A DNA stretch of 64,000 nucleotides from a virus. Under the pieces are notes generated by a model. The model was given only the letters and a program-made list of their open reading frames with translations, was not told where the DNA came from and did not search any database. Both the position numbers and the translations under genes were made by a program. The stretch is taken from IMG/VR virus record IMGVR_UViG_3300027861_000020; one strand, 5' to 3'. Below are positions 54,431-62,655 of this stretch, one piece after another. Positions within the stretch are counted from its first letter, which is position 1; each line of letters starts with the position of its first letter.

Positions 54431-54471
54431 GGGAAAGTCATTGACTATATGATATGGCTTTCCCTATTTTT
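54431..54471 (+). terminator. intrinsic terminator ending a GC-rich structured non-coding segment
   Basis: GGGAAAGTCATTGACTATATGATATGGCTTTCCC + TATTTTT. Confidence 0.5.
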
Positions 54472-54519
54472 CCAGCGTTATAAACTTTATTTACTGAATA
54501 ATTGTAAGGAATAAATAAA

Positions 54520-54789
54520 ATGGATTATGGTAAATATATAATTGTAGAGTCGAATTGTTCTCAAGCTATTCTTTTTGATAATACAATGTCCCATGATGAC
54601 TTTCTGGCTATGTTTAATAAAGATATAATTAAATCGGCAGGATTTTTTATCGTATCGGGAACAGGGTCTGAACATGACCAAGAAGATATAGAAGTAACTG
54701 TATTCGGAAAAAGTATTACTCTTGGATTAAAATCAGATGAAAAAGATGCATATTATATTAAAAGAATATTAAGAAAATCTCAATATTAA
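54520..54789 (+). CDS. hypothetical protein
   Basis: 89 aa; cassette at 54468 (short variant). Confidence 0.55.
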   Translation: MDYGKYIIVESNCSQAILFDNTMSHDDFLAMFNKDIIKSAGFFIVSGTGSEHDQEDIEVTVFGKSITLGLKSDEKDAYYIKRILRKSQY

Positions 54790-54858
54790 ATTTTCCAGCG
54801 TTATAAACTTTATTCTCTTTATAATTGTTAATAGCAATAACTTTTAAGGAATAAAAAA

Positions 54859-55551
54859 ATGTCAGTAATAGAAAAAGCAACTGAATTAAATAGACTTAGA
54901 AGAATTAAATTCCCTAAAACAGATGAACAAGGGGGAATGACGATTGATAAAGTCGTTAATGAATATAAGAAAAATATTTCTATTATTCTGGATGTCGTTC
55001 TATGGAAAATATGGGGAATCCAAGGGAAAGAAGTTATTGGATATAAGGGAAATGAAATATTTATAGACCCAATAAGACTAGAAAATTCTATTGATAAATC
55101 TATTGAGTTCTATGAAGAGGAATTAGGTCTTGAAAATATCAGAGAATGTGCTATTTGCGGTACATTAAGTCGTATATATTATCTTTGCGACCATTGCGAT
55201 ACCGCTGAAACAGGTCCAGTTTGTGCTGATTGCGTAGATTGGGAACGATTCGATGATTCTTATTTTTGCAAGGCTTGTCCAGATAGAAGCGATGTAAAAT
55301 GGGCTAAAAAGACTATAGACGGGCTATCTGCATCTAATGGGTATCTTTGCAATAGAAAAGTTGTAAAGTTGATTATGGACGAATATGGAGGCTCTATCGT
55401 CAAATGGGGAACAAAGTATTGGATTCAATTCGAACCAGCGTATAGGGCTTATTCAGACTTTGTTTATAAAGAGAAAAACTGTACCAGAGATGATTATAGA
55501 GTTTGGATAAATCAAGCCTCTATGTATAAGAAATGTCGAGAATGGAAGTAA
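54859..55551 (+). CDS. Cys-rich (multi zinc-finger-like) protein
   Basis: 230 aa; CAICG..CDHCD..CADC..CKAC; cassette at 54791. Confidence 0.65.
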   Translation: MSVIEKATELNRLRRIKFPKTDEQGGMTIDKVVNEYKKNISIILDVVLWKIWGIQGKEVIGYKGNEIFIDPIRLENSIDKSIEFYEEELGLENIRECAICGTLSRIYYLCDHCDTAETGPVCADCVDWERFDDSYFCKACPDRSDVKWAKKTIDGLSASNGYLCNRKVVKLIMDEYGGSIVKWGTKYWIQFEPAYRAYSDFVYKEKNCTRDDYRVWINQASMYKKCREWK

Positions 55552-55618
55552 TTTTCCAGCGTTATAATTTTTATTCTCTATATAATTGTAAGGAATAACT
55601 TATTTAAGGAATAAGAAA

Positions 55619-56140
55619 ATGACTGATAATGAGATAAAACATAGACTTTGGGATGTCTATACAGAGCTTAAAAAAGAACATGATTTTGCTCTTGGGGCTT
55701 TATTTATCAAAGTATCAAAAAGACTAAGGAGTTCGGCAGGTAAATGTTTGTCTTATCCGAAACAAGACGTACATACGATTACAATGTCAAAGCCTTTACT
55801 GGACGAATTCGGTTGGGAAAGATTTGAAAAGAATTTCCGTCATGAATTGGCTCATGCTTATTGCTCAAAGAAATATGGAAAATGCAATCATAACCATATA
55901 TTTAAGAGAACTTGTGTCGCTTTTGGAGGTTCAATGAATCCTTCAATGGCAGGTTATGCATATAAAGAGGCCGCAACTACGGAATACGTAAAGACTATTA
56001 AAAAATATAAATATACTTGCCTTTGCGGAATAAGTATGGAATATGCTAAAAGAATGTCCGTAAAGATTAGAAATAGTCAGCGTCATACTTGTAGAAAATG
56101 TAAAACTCCAGTTGCTAAATGGAAAGAGGAAATGATTTAA
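55619..56140 (+). CDS. SprT-like zinc metallopeptidase-domain protein
   Basis: 173 aa; SSAGKCLSYPKQDVHTITMS...FRHELAHAY (SprT-like core with HExxH) plus C-terminal Cys/His zinc ribbon. Confidence 0.7.
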   Translation: MTDNEIKHRLWDVYTELKKEHDFALGALFIKVSKRLRSSAGKCLSYPKQDVHTITMSKPLLDEFGWERFEKNFRHELAHAYCSKKYGKCNHNHIFKRTCVAFGGSMNPSMAGYAYKEAATTEYVKTIKKYKYTCLCGISMEYAKRMSVKIRNSQRHTCRKCKTPVAKWKEEMI

Positions 56141-56207
56141 TTTTCCAGCAAATAGACTTTTATTTTTATTATAAATGTTAATAATAATAACTTTTAAGGA
56201 ATTAAAA

Positions 56208-56543
56208 ATGGGTCAATTATTGAATGAAATTTTTGAAGGACTAAAAGAGATTGTACTCTTTTCTGAAGATGTTGAAGCTCAGGAAAAGGCTCTTAAGATG
56301 TTGCTTAAGGTTCATCTAGAAACAAGCGGAATTATTGAAATTGACAATTTCCGTATTCCTAAAGCTGTTTATCAGGATGCCATTGCTCATATGAAAAATG
56401 GAGAAAAGATATCATGTATCAAGGTTCTCCGAAATGGTATTTTGAGAAACAATGAAGTCCTTGGTCTTAAAGAGGCTAAGCTATTGTCGGAAAGAATATC
56501 CATTATAGAGAAAATTCCTATGTCAAAAGGATATGAAGTATAA
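56208..56543 (+). CDS. hypothetical protein
   Basis: 111 aa; cassette at 56141. Confidence 0.6.
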   Translation: MGQLLNEIFEGLKEIVLFSEDVEAQEKALKMLLKVHLETSGIIEIDNFRIPKAVYQDAIAHMKNGEKISCIKVLRNGILRNNEVLGLKEAKLLSERISIIEKIPMSKGYEV

Positions 56544-56554
56544 AGACCTTTAAA

Positions 56555-56584
56555 GCCCTTATCTTAATTGATAGGGGCTTTTTT
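56555..56584 (+). terminator. intrinsic terminator, conserved hairpin family
   Basis: GCCCTTATCTTAATTGATAGGGGC + TTTTTT. Confidence 0.6.
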
Positions 56585-56647
56585 CCAGCATTTTAAATTT
56601 TATTTTCTTTATAATTGTTAATAATAATAACTTTTAAGGAATTGAAA
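56581..56647 (+). promoter_or_regulatory. long-form cassette
   Basis: TTTTCCAGCATTTTAAATTTTATTTTCTTTATAATTGTTAATAATAATAACTTTTAAGGAATTGAAA. Confidence 0.6.
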
Positions 56648-57079
56648 ATGCCAAAGAATATAATCAGCCATTGCCTTAAACCTCTTAATCGCAAAGCCGA
56701 AAATATCTTTTTTAAGATTATTGAAGGCGTAAAATGGGATGCCGCTAAATATATTGGCGAAAAAGGCAAAGCGTTTATGCAGGTTGTTGTCAAAAGAATA
56801 CCACACGATGCCATTTATGGTAAAGTATATGCAGTAGGTCATTATTATACACAAATGGGCGATAGAATGTCCGACCCTGAAATGACTTTCCTTGTTAATA
56901 CAGTTGATGGTAGAGTTTATCCTCTTTCTTTTGAACAACATGGGACGTTTGCAACTTACGAAACATCAGCGGTTTTTAAAGACGGAGAATATGTAGGCAA
57001 GTATAAAAAGATGAACAATGACCACAAAAACTTCGCTAATGGTTGGATGGAAAACATTAAACATCAGCAAAGTCTATAA
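56648..57079 (+). CDS. hypothetical protein
   Basis: 143 aa; cassette at 56581; terminator follows. Confidence 0.6.
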   Translation: MPKNIISHCLKPLNRKAENIFFKIIEGVKWDAAKYIGEKGKAFMQVVVKRIPHDAIYGKVYAVGHYYTQMGDRMSDPEMTFLVNTVDGRVYPLSFEQHGTFATYETSAVFKDGEYVGKYKKMNNDHKNFANGWMENIKHQQSL

Positions 57080-57093
57080 TAAACATTTCAAAA

Positions 57094-57144
57094 AGGAGGA
57101 AATCGTTTCCCTTATTCCTTAGCGGTTTCCTCCTCTTCTTTTTT
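57094..57144 (+). terminator. intrinsic terminator
   Basis: AGGAGGAAATCG...GGTTTCCTCCT + CTTCTTTTTT. Confidence 0.55.
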
Positions 57145-57210
57145 CCAGCATTTTAAGTTTTATTTTCATTATAATTGTTAGTAATAATAATAACTTTAAG
57201 GAATAAAAAA
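57141..57210 (+). promoter_or_regulatory. long-form cassette
   Basis: CCAGCA 57145-50, TATAAT 57170-75, SD AAGGAATAAAAAAATG. Confidence 0.6.
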
Positions 57211-57465
57211 ATGGATAATGATAATCTTCTCATATTACGGGTTCAAAGCAATTTTGGGATATTTCATATTTACCCAGTATGTCAAAAATCAAGAGCCTTT
57301 GCTCATATCGCAAACAAGAAAACTTTATCACCAAATGATTTAAAAGATATCGCTTTTATCGGCTTTCGTATTGCGTTTAATAATCTCCCAACGGAGAAAA
57401 CAGAACCTTATAACCAGAATGGATATAAAGGGTTTCAAAAGTTTTTAGATAATTGGAATGGTTAA
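57211..57465 (+). CDS. hypothetical protein
   Basis: 84 aa; cassette at 57141. Confidence 0.55.
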   Translation: MDNDNLLILRVQSNFGIFHIYPVCQKSRAFAHIANKKTLSPNDLKDIAFIGFRIAFNNLPTEKTEPYNQNGYKGFQKFLDNWNG

Positions 57466-57538
57466 AAAACATTTTCCAGCGTTGTTAGTTTTATTTTCTT
57501 TATAATTGTTAATAATAATAACTTTAAGGAATAATAAA

Positions 57539-57742
57539 ATGGAAGATAATCAGGTAAAAGTAGTTGCTCAAGTAAATAGAAAAGAAGGTACTTATAATCA
57601 TACCAGACAAATTCCTACATTTTTTGTCAATGCTTATTGTTTTGTCACCGCAAAGAGTATTGTAAAAGATATATTTAAAGGACAAAATATGTCTGGTCAA
57701 ATGGAAGATTCTAAAGGATATATGAAGAATTTTAACTTTTAA
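57539..57742 (+). CDS. hypothetical protein
   Basis: 67 aa; cassette at 57472. Confidence 0.5.
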   Translation: MEDNQVKVVAQVNRKEGTYNHTRQIPTFFVNAYCFVTAKSIVKDIFKGQNMSGQMEDSKGYMKNFNF

Positions 57743-57753
57743 GGAATAAAAAA

Positions 57754-58056
57754 ATGGGAAAAACAAACATTCCTGTAAAATGCGGTTGCGGTTGCGATGA
57801 ATATTTGGTAGACGATATTTCAGAAGAATTTCCAACGGCTGTAAAAGCAGAACAAAAGGGTAAGAATATCCTTATTCTTAGAAATATCAATCCCATAAAA
57901 CGGCTTGATGGAAAAATGGCTACTTATTCTCTTGAACATTGTTGGTTAAGAGATATTAAAGATACAACATCGGTATTAGGTAATGATTATTCCTATTGGC
58001 AGAAAAAAGAGCTAAACTGGAAAGAAAGTTTATTCGATCAAGTAAATCTTTTTTAA
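57754..58056 (+). CDS. hypothetical protein
   Basis: 100 aa, SD TTAAGGAATAAAAAAATG; CGCGC motif. Confidence 0.55.
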   Translation: MGKTNIPVKCGCGCDEYLVDDISEEFPTAVKAEQKGKNILILRNINPIKRLDGKMATYSLEHCWLRDIKDTTSVLGNDYSYWQKKELNWKESLFDQVNLF

Positions 58057-58126
58057 GATTTTCCAGCAAATAAACTCTTATTTTCTTTATAATTGTTAAT
58101 AATAATAACTTTTAAGGAATAAAAAA

Positions 58127-58354
58127 ATGGCAGACAAAGAAGTTTCAAAAGCAATAATAATTGATACGGAAGAAGGAATTAAGGGTTACAGAATTTTAGC
58201 TTTAAGGTCGGCTCTGAAACTTGAAGTTTTGGGAATGAAAAGACGGGGGCAATCGGTTTATTCTATCGTCAAACAAGAATTCGGTTTCAAGGGAAATAAA
58301 AAGAAAGTTCTGGATCAATTAAATAAGTATATTGAAGATAATTATAATCTTTAA
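58127..58354 (+). CDS. hypothetical protein
   Basis: 75 aa; cassette at 58059. Confidence 0.55.
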   Translation: MADKEVSKAIIIDTEEGIKGYRILALRSALKLEVLGMKRRGQSVYSIVKQEFGFKGNKKKVLDQLNKYIEDNYNL

Positions 58355-58553
58355 TACTAATAGAAGGGAAAGTCTGTTCCGGATAGGCTTTCTCTTCTTC
58401 TATTTTCCAGCATTTTATCTTTTAATTCCTTTATAATTGTTAATAGTAATAACTTTTAAGGAGTTAGAAATGAATGGTATGGATTTTTATACAGCAAGTT
58501 TTATATGTTTGTTTTTATGGGGTTTTTGGAAAATAACAGCTTAGGGGAAAATA

Positions 58554-58709
58554 ATGGATATAAATTTTGACGAAGCTCAAGAAATAATAAATCTAATGAA
58601 ACAAGACCCAGAAGCTTATCAAGAATTCATAGAGGATTTGGCTCTTAAAAGATTAGCAGTAAATGAAGGAGTAAGAAAATCATGGCAATTATGGTTTAAA
58701 ATACAATAA
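58554..58709 (+). CDS. small hypothetical protein (51 aa)
   Basis: SD TTAGGGGAAAATAATG; preceded by 24-aa membrane peptide ORF 58470-58544. Confidence 0.45.
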   Translation: MDINFDEAQEIINLMKQDPEAYQEFIEDLALKRLAVNEGVRKSWQLWFKIQ

Positions 58710-58801
58710 TTTTCCATCTTGATATGAAATGGAATTTCCAGCGTTGTAAGTTTTATTTTCTTTATAATTGTTAATAATAATAACTTTTAAGGAATAAAAA
58801 A

Positions 58802-59281
58802 ATGAATAAAGCTCTCCTTATTATAGATATGCAAACGGGATTTAAAACAGCCCATGATGAAAAAACAATCGAAAATGTCCTTAAGCAAATAGATGAAGCC
58901 TATGAGAATGATTTGCCAATATTTATTTTAGAACATACAATAGATAGATTCGGATATACTTTGGAAATAATACGAGAATATTTAGACGATTATGATAATA
59001 AATATTACATAGAAAAATTTGAAGATGATGGAGGGGATGAACTAATTGAATATATTACAGAGGAAGATTATTCTATTGATGAATTTATTACTTGCGGAGT
59101 TAATATATCTTATTGCGTAGGAAAGACAATAAACAGCTTGGTAAAAGAATACAAAAAGATGATAACGCTTATATATGACGCTTGTAACTGTACTAATAAC
59201 AAAGATGACGCTTTCGATGGCTGTTATTGCGGTTATTTTTATAGCGATATATTTGAATCAGATAAAGTTTTAATACAATAA
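58802..59281 (+). CDS. hypothetical acidic protein
   Basis: 159 aa; cassette at 58734. Confidence 0.6.
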   Translation: MNKALLIIDMQTGFKTAHDEKTIENVLKQIDEAYENDLPIFILEHTIDRFGYTLEIIREYLDDYDNKYYIEKFEDDGGDELIEYITEEDYSIDEFITCGVNISYCVGKTINSLVKEYKKMITLIYDACNCTNNKDDAFDGCYCGYFYSDIFESDKVLIQ

Positions 59282-59372
59282 TTTTCCATCTTGATATGAA
59301 AAGAATTTTCCAGCATTTTAATTTTTATTTTCATTATAATTGTTAATAATAATAACTTTTAAGGAATTGAAA

Positions 59373-59564
59373 ATGACGACTAAAAAAATGATTGATGGCA
59401 AGGTTTACGAAATTGATGTTGACGAATTTGATATTGAAGCTGAAAAAGCAAGCAAGGCAATCAGGACTATGGCAGGCTTTGGTACTATCAAAAAGACTAT
59501 TAAAAAACGTCCTCCACAATGTTTCGCTATTACGGAATCGGCAATCAATAGATATTCAAAGTAA
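59373..59564 (+). CDS. hypothetical protein
   Basis: 63 aa; cassette at 59306. Confidence 0.5.
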   Translation: MTTKKMIDGKVYEIDVDEFDIEAEKASKAIRTMAGFGTIKKTIKKRPPQCFAITESAINRYSK

Positions 59565-59664
59565 TTAAAGGGGGCGAAAGTCCCCATTTTTATTTAATTT
59601 TCCAGCGTTATAAGTTTTATTTTCTTTATAATTGTTAATGATAATAACTTTTAAGGAATGAAAA

Positions 59665-59847
59665 ATGTCAAGAAAAATGCAAAGTTTCATCAAAGAAAAC
59701 AGAAAAGAAATTACAAAAAGAATCATTGAACTACATCCTGATACAGAAGCTCTTAAATCTATCAATGATGACGAACGCAGGGTAATGATTCTGAATGAGC
59801 CTGAATTGACAAAATGGGCAAGAAGTCAAGGAGTTGTAATCGACTAA
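59665..59847 (+). CDS. hypothetical protein
   Basis: 60 aa; cassette at 59598. Confidence 0.5.
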   Translation: MSRKMQSFIKENRKEITKRIIELHPDTEALKSINDDERRVMILNEPELTKWARSQGVVID

Positions 59848-59906
59848 ATAGTCAGGGAAAGTCCTTTATCAGGGGCTTTCTCTTTTTTCTTTTTAAGGAA
59901 ATAATA

Positions 59907-60089
59907 ATGTCAGAAAGAGAAGAAAACGATAAAGAAGGTATAATTGACTGTCATTACTTTGCAGATGGTTCTGGAATTATCTGTATGGTTACTCAAGTTA
60001 TTGATAGAGAATTTCCAAGCGACAATTTACTTTGTAGAGGGTATGGAAATACCTATAAAGAAGCTCGACAAAGTGCCTTAGAAGACTAA
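59907..60089 (+). CDS. hypothetical protein
   Basis: 60 aa after terminator; SD TTAAGGAAATAATAATG. Confidence 0.5.
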   Translation: MSEREENDKEGIIDCHYFADGSGIICMVTQVIDREFPSDNLLCRGYGNTYKEARQSALED

Positions 60090-60157
60090 TTTTCCAGCAT
60101 TTTAAACTTTATTTTCTTTATAATTGTTAATGATAATAACTTTTAAGGAATAAAAAG
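60090..60157 (+). promoter_or_regulatory. long-form cassette
   Basis: TTTTCCAGCATTTTAAACTTTATTTTCTTTATAATTGTTAATGATAATAACTTTTAAGGAATAAAAAG. Confidence 0.6.
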
Positions 60158-60325
60158 ATGGATATGAGTCTAAGAAATGCTTTAATTGCAAGCCAAGACC
60201 TAAACGAAATTGAAGCTAATGCTCTTATTGAAGAAATGAGAGAGAGAATTATTGAAGGAGAAAATCCTGAAGAGGTTTTATACAGCGAAGGTCTTGAACC
60301 TGATTATATTTTTGATTTAATTTAA
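60158..60325 (+). CDS. small acidic protein, family G paralog 1
   Basis: 55 aa; EEVLYSEGLEPDYIFDL shared with 60996 product. Confidence 0.5.
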   Translation: MDMSLRNALIASQDLNEIEANALIEEMRERIIEGENPEEVLYSEGLEPDYIFDLI

Positions 60326-60465
60326 TCCTTATTCAATAAACGGATAAGAACCATACAATCTCTATCTACTAAACGGATAGGGATTGTATTTTATTATTTT
60401 CCAGCGTTTTATCTTTTATTTACTTTATAATTGTTAATGATGATAAACTTTTAAGGAATAAAAAA

Positions 60466-60600
60466 ATGAATTTGCTAATAACTAACGAAAAAGATAACGA
60501 ATCATATGAAAAACAATTCAATTCATATACAGATGCAAGGAATTGGATCATAAATCATCTGGACTTGTCGAAAAAATGGTCATGTACTGATATGGGATAG
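60466..60600 (+). CDS. small hypothetical protein (44 aa)
   Basis: cassette at 60397. Confidence 0.4.
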   Translation: MNLLITNEKDNESYEKQFNSYTDARNWIINHLDLSKKWSCTDMG

Positions 60601-60693
60601 TTTTCCAGCATTTTACAGTTTATTTTCTTTATAATTGTTAATGATAATAACTTTTAAGTAAATCAGAGATTTAATTTAAAAAGGAATTGAAAA

Positions 60694-60942
60694 ATGTTTA
60701 TAATAGAGAGAATCACAAATAAAAGAGAATTTTTAAGGACTAGCTTAGGAACTGTAATAAACTTTGCAACCAAAAAAGAAGCCATAGAATGTCTTGAAAG
60801 ACAACCTAATCATGAAGCCTTCCATGTTAGAAGACCTATAAAATCCGATTTTAAAGTTCGGAGTTTTAGAATGACTTTCAAAAAAGGATTTTATAGGTTG
60901 TATCTAAAGAATTCAATTAGCAATATTTCTCCAGCAATTTAA
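60694..60942 (+). CDS. hypothetical basic protein
   Basis: 82 aa; cassette at 60601 plus extra leader, SD AAAAAGGAATTGAAAAATG. Confidence 0.5.
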   Translation: MFIIERITNKREFLRTSLGTVINFATKKEAIECLERQPNHEAFHVRRPIKSDFKVRSFRMTFKKGFYRLYLKNSISNISPAI

Positions 60943-60995
60943 AGTTTATTCTCTTTATAATTGTTAATGATAATAACTTGTTTAAGGAATAAAAA

Positions 60996-61169
60996 ATGTC
61001 TGAATTGAAAAAAGCTTTAATGAGTAGTCAAGGTATTACTGGATCAGAAGCTGATGAAATTATTGAAGAGATGAAAAATAGAGTTCTTGACGAGGGGCAA
61101 GATCCAGAAGAAGTTCTGTACGAAGAAGGTCTTGAACCTGATTATGTTTTTGATCTTCTTGATTTTTAG
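60996..61169 (+). CDS. small acidic protein, family G paralog 2
   Basis: 57 aa; EEVLYEEGLEPDYVFDLL. Confidence 0.5.
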   Translation: MSELKKALMSSQGITGSEADEIIEEMKNRVLDEGQDPEEVLYEEGLEPDYVFDLLDF

Positions 61170-61188
61170 TTTTCTTTTGTCATATTTA

Positions 61189-61229
61189 GGAGGGAGTAAT
61201 GCTTTAATTATTCCCTCCGCCTTTCTTTT
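61189..61229 (+). terminator. intrinsic terminator
   Basis: GGAGGGAGTAATGCTTTAATTATTCCCTCC + GCCTTTCTTTT. Confidence 0.55.
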
Positions 61230-61295
61230 CCAGCAATTTAAAGTTTATTCTCTTTATAATTGTTAATGATAATAACTTGTTTAAGGAATAAAAAA

Positions 61296-61472
61296 ATGAA
61301 TATTTATGATGATGATTTTGATGATGTAGATAACTTTGAAGAGACTGATGATTATTATGATGACGAAAATGAATCGTCTCTTGAAGAACTTTATGAAAAT
61401 GAGGATTTTGCTCAAGATGGAGATTTTCATAATATGGAATATGACTCCGAAATGGGATGTTGGGGGTCTTGA
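61296..61472 (+). CDS. highly acidic small protein
   Basis: 58 aa, Asp/Glu-rich; cassette at 61226. Confidence 0.5.
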   Translation: MNIYDDDFDDVDNFEETDDYYDDENESSLEELYENEDFAQDGDFHNMEYDSEMGCWGS

Positions 61473-61498
61473 TTAAAATACATGTTTTTACTTTTCAG

Positions 61499-61534
61499 GG
61501 GGAAGTAAGCTACGCGATTACTTCCCCCATTTTC
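61499..61534 (+). terminator. intrinsic terminator
   Basis: GGGGGAAGTAAGCTACGCGATTACTTCCCCC + ATTTT. Confidence 0.6.
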
Positions 61535-61596
61535 CAGCATTTTAAACTTTATTTTCTTTATAATTGTTAATGATAATAACTTTTAAGGAATAAAAA
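61530..61596 (+). promoter_or_regulatory. long-form cassette
   Basis: identical over ~60 bp to the 60090 copy. Confidence 0.6.
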
Positions 61597-61839
61597 ATGA
61601 GAGCCGATTTTATCAAAGTAGAATACAAAACTTATCTTTTTAATGGCGAAAAATTTACTGTCCGAAAAGACTTTTGGGATTATTTTGATGCCTGTCCTGA
61701 TTGCTCTGTCATAACAAAAACGCCTATTAGCTTTGGGGTTGGTAGAGATGACTTTACCCAAAATGAGAGCAATCTGGGCGTTGTATGGGCTGATGGCGAT
61801 AAAGATATGATGTTAATCTCAAGACCTCGTATGTATTAA
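61597..61839 (+). CDS. hypothetical protein
   Basis: 80 aa; cassette at 61530. Confidence 0.55.
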   Translation: MRADFIKVEYKTYLFNGEKFTVRKDFWDYFDACPDCSVITKTPISFGVGRDDFTQNESNLGVVWADGDKDMMLISRPRMY

Positions 61840-61961
61840 GAGCCCAAGGGTCTTGAACCCCTAACAACCTCCTTATTCTGAAAAGAGTAAGGGGGTTTTC
61901 CAGCATTTTGATTCTTATTCCCTTTATAATTGTTAATAATAAACTTTTTAAGGAAAATAAA

Positions 61962-62171
61962 ATGTTTAATAAAAATAAATTCCCCAAAGCCCCAAAACTT
62001 GATGGTTGTTTTCCGGTTTTCCCGAAAAAGAAAAGACAATTTAAATTGTTTAAAAAAATGCTTTGTCTAATTGGTATTCATGATAGAGAAACTATTGAAT
62101 ATTGGGAAGACGAAAGTAGTTCAGATAATTTCGATCAATGTAAACATTGTAAAAAATTATTGCCATGGTAA
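61962..62171 (+). CDS. hypothetical protein
   Basis: 69 aa; cassette at 61896; C-terminal CKHCKK. Confidence 0.5.
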   Translation: MFNKNKFPKAPKLDGCFPVFPKKKRQFKLFKKMLCLIGIHDRETIEYWEDESSSDNFDQCKHCKKLLPW

Positions 62172-62240
62172 TTTTCCAGCGTTTTAAACTTTATTCTCTT
62201 TATAATTGTTAATGATGATAAACTTTTAAGGAATAAAAAA
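62172..62240 (+). promoter_or_regulatory. long-form cassette (CCAGCG variant)
   Basis: TTTTCCAGCGTTTTAAACTTTATTCTCTTTATAATTGTTAATGATGATAAACTTTTAAGGAATAAAAAA. Confidence 0.6.
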
Positions 62241-62570
62241 ATGGCTAAAAGAATAAAAGTAAAAAATTCATTGTTTGATGTTAATTCAGCTCAAAACTTA
62301 GTAGACCGCCTAAGGTCAGAACTCGATTTTTCTTTTATATCAGCGAGTATGAGTATGCTAGGCGGAAAAGATAATATAACAATCATGCTAGCGGTATCAA
62401 TAGAAGCAAAAGAGAATTGGCCAGGAGATATTTTTGAGAACTCAAATTACAGGCGTTTCTCTATCTTTAATGATGGGACTGTCGAAAACTTTACGACTTC
62501 TGGACTCTCGAAAGTCAGAAAGTTTACAGCAAAATCAGTTGATGACTTAATAGCTCGATTAAATAAATAA
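62241..62570 (+). CDS. hypothetical protein
   Basis: 109 aa; cassette at 62172. Confidence 0.55.
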   Translation: MAKRIKVKNSLFDVNSAQNLVDRLRSELDFSFISASMSMLGGKDNITIMLAVSIEAKENWPGDIFENSNYRRFSIFNDGTVENFTTSGLSKVRKFTAKSVDDLIARLNK

Positions 62571-62655
62571 TAACTTTTCCAGCGTTTTCACTTTTAATTG
62601 CTTATATATTATAAGGGTTATCTAATTTTACTTCTGTTTTACGAAAGGTTTTACT

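Noticed and set aside
46028-61260. N-terminal extensions MLIIITFKELKM / MLMIITCLRNKKM on many track ORFs. Examples: 46028, 53048, 56175, 56615, 57175, 57506, 59340, 61260.
   Set aside because: They come from reading the conserved cassette ...TTGTTAATAATAATAACTTTTAAGGAATTAAAAATG from its internal TTG. Real starts are the SD-supported ATGs at the end of the cassette.
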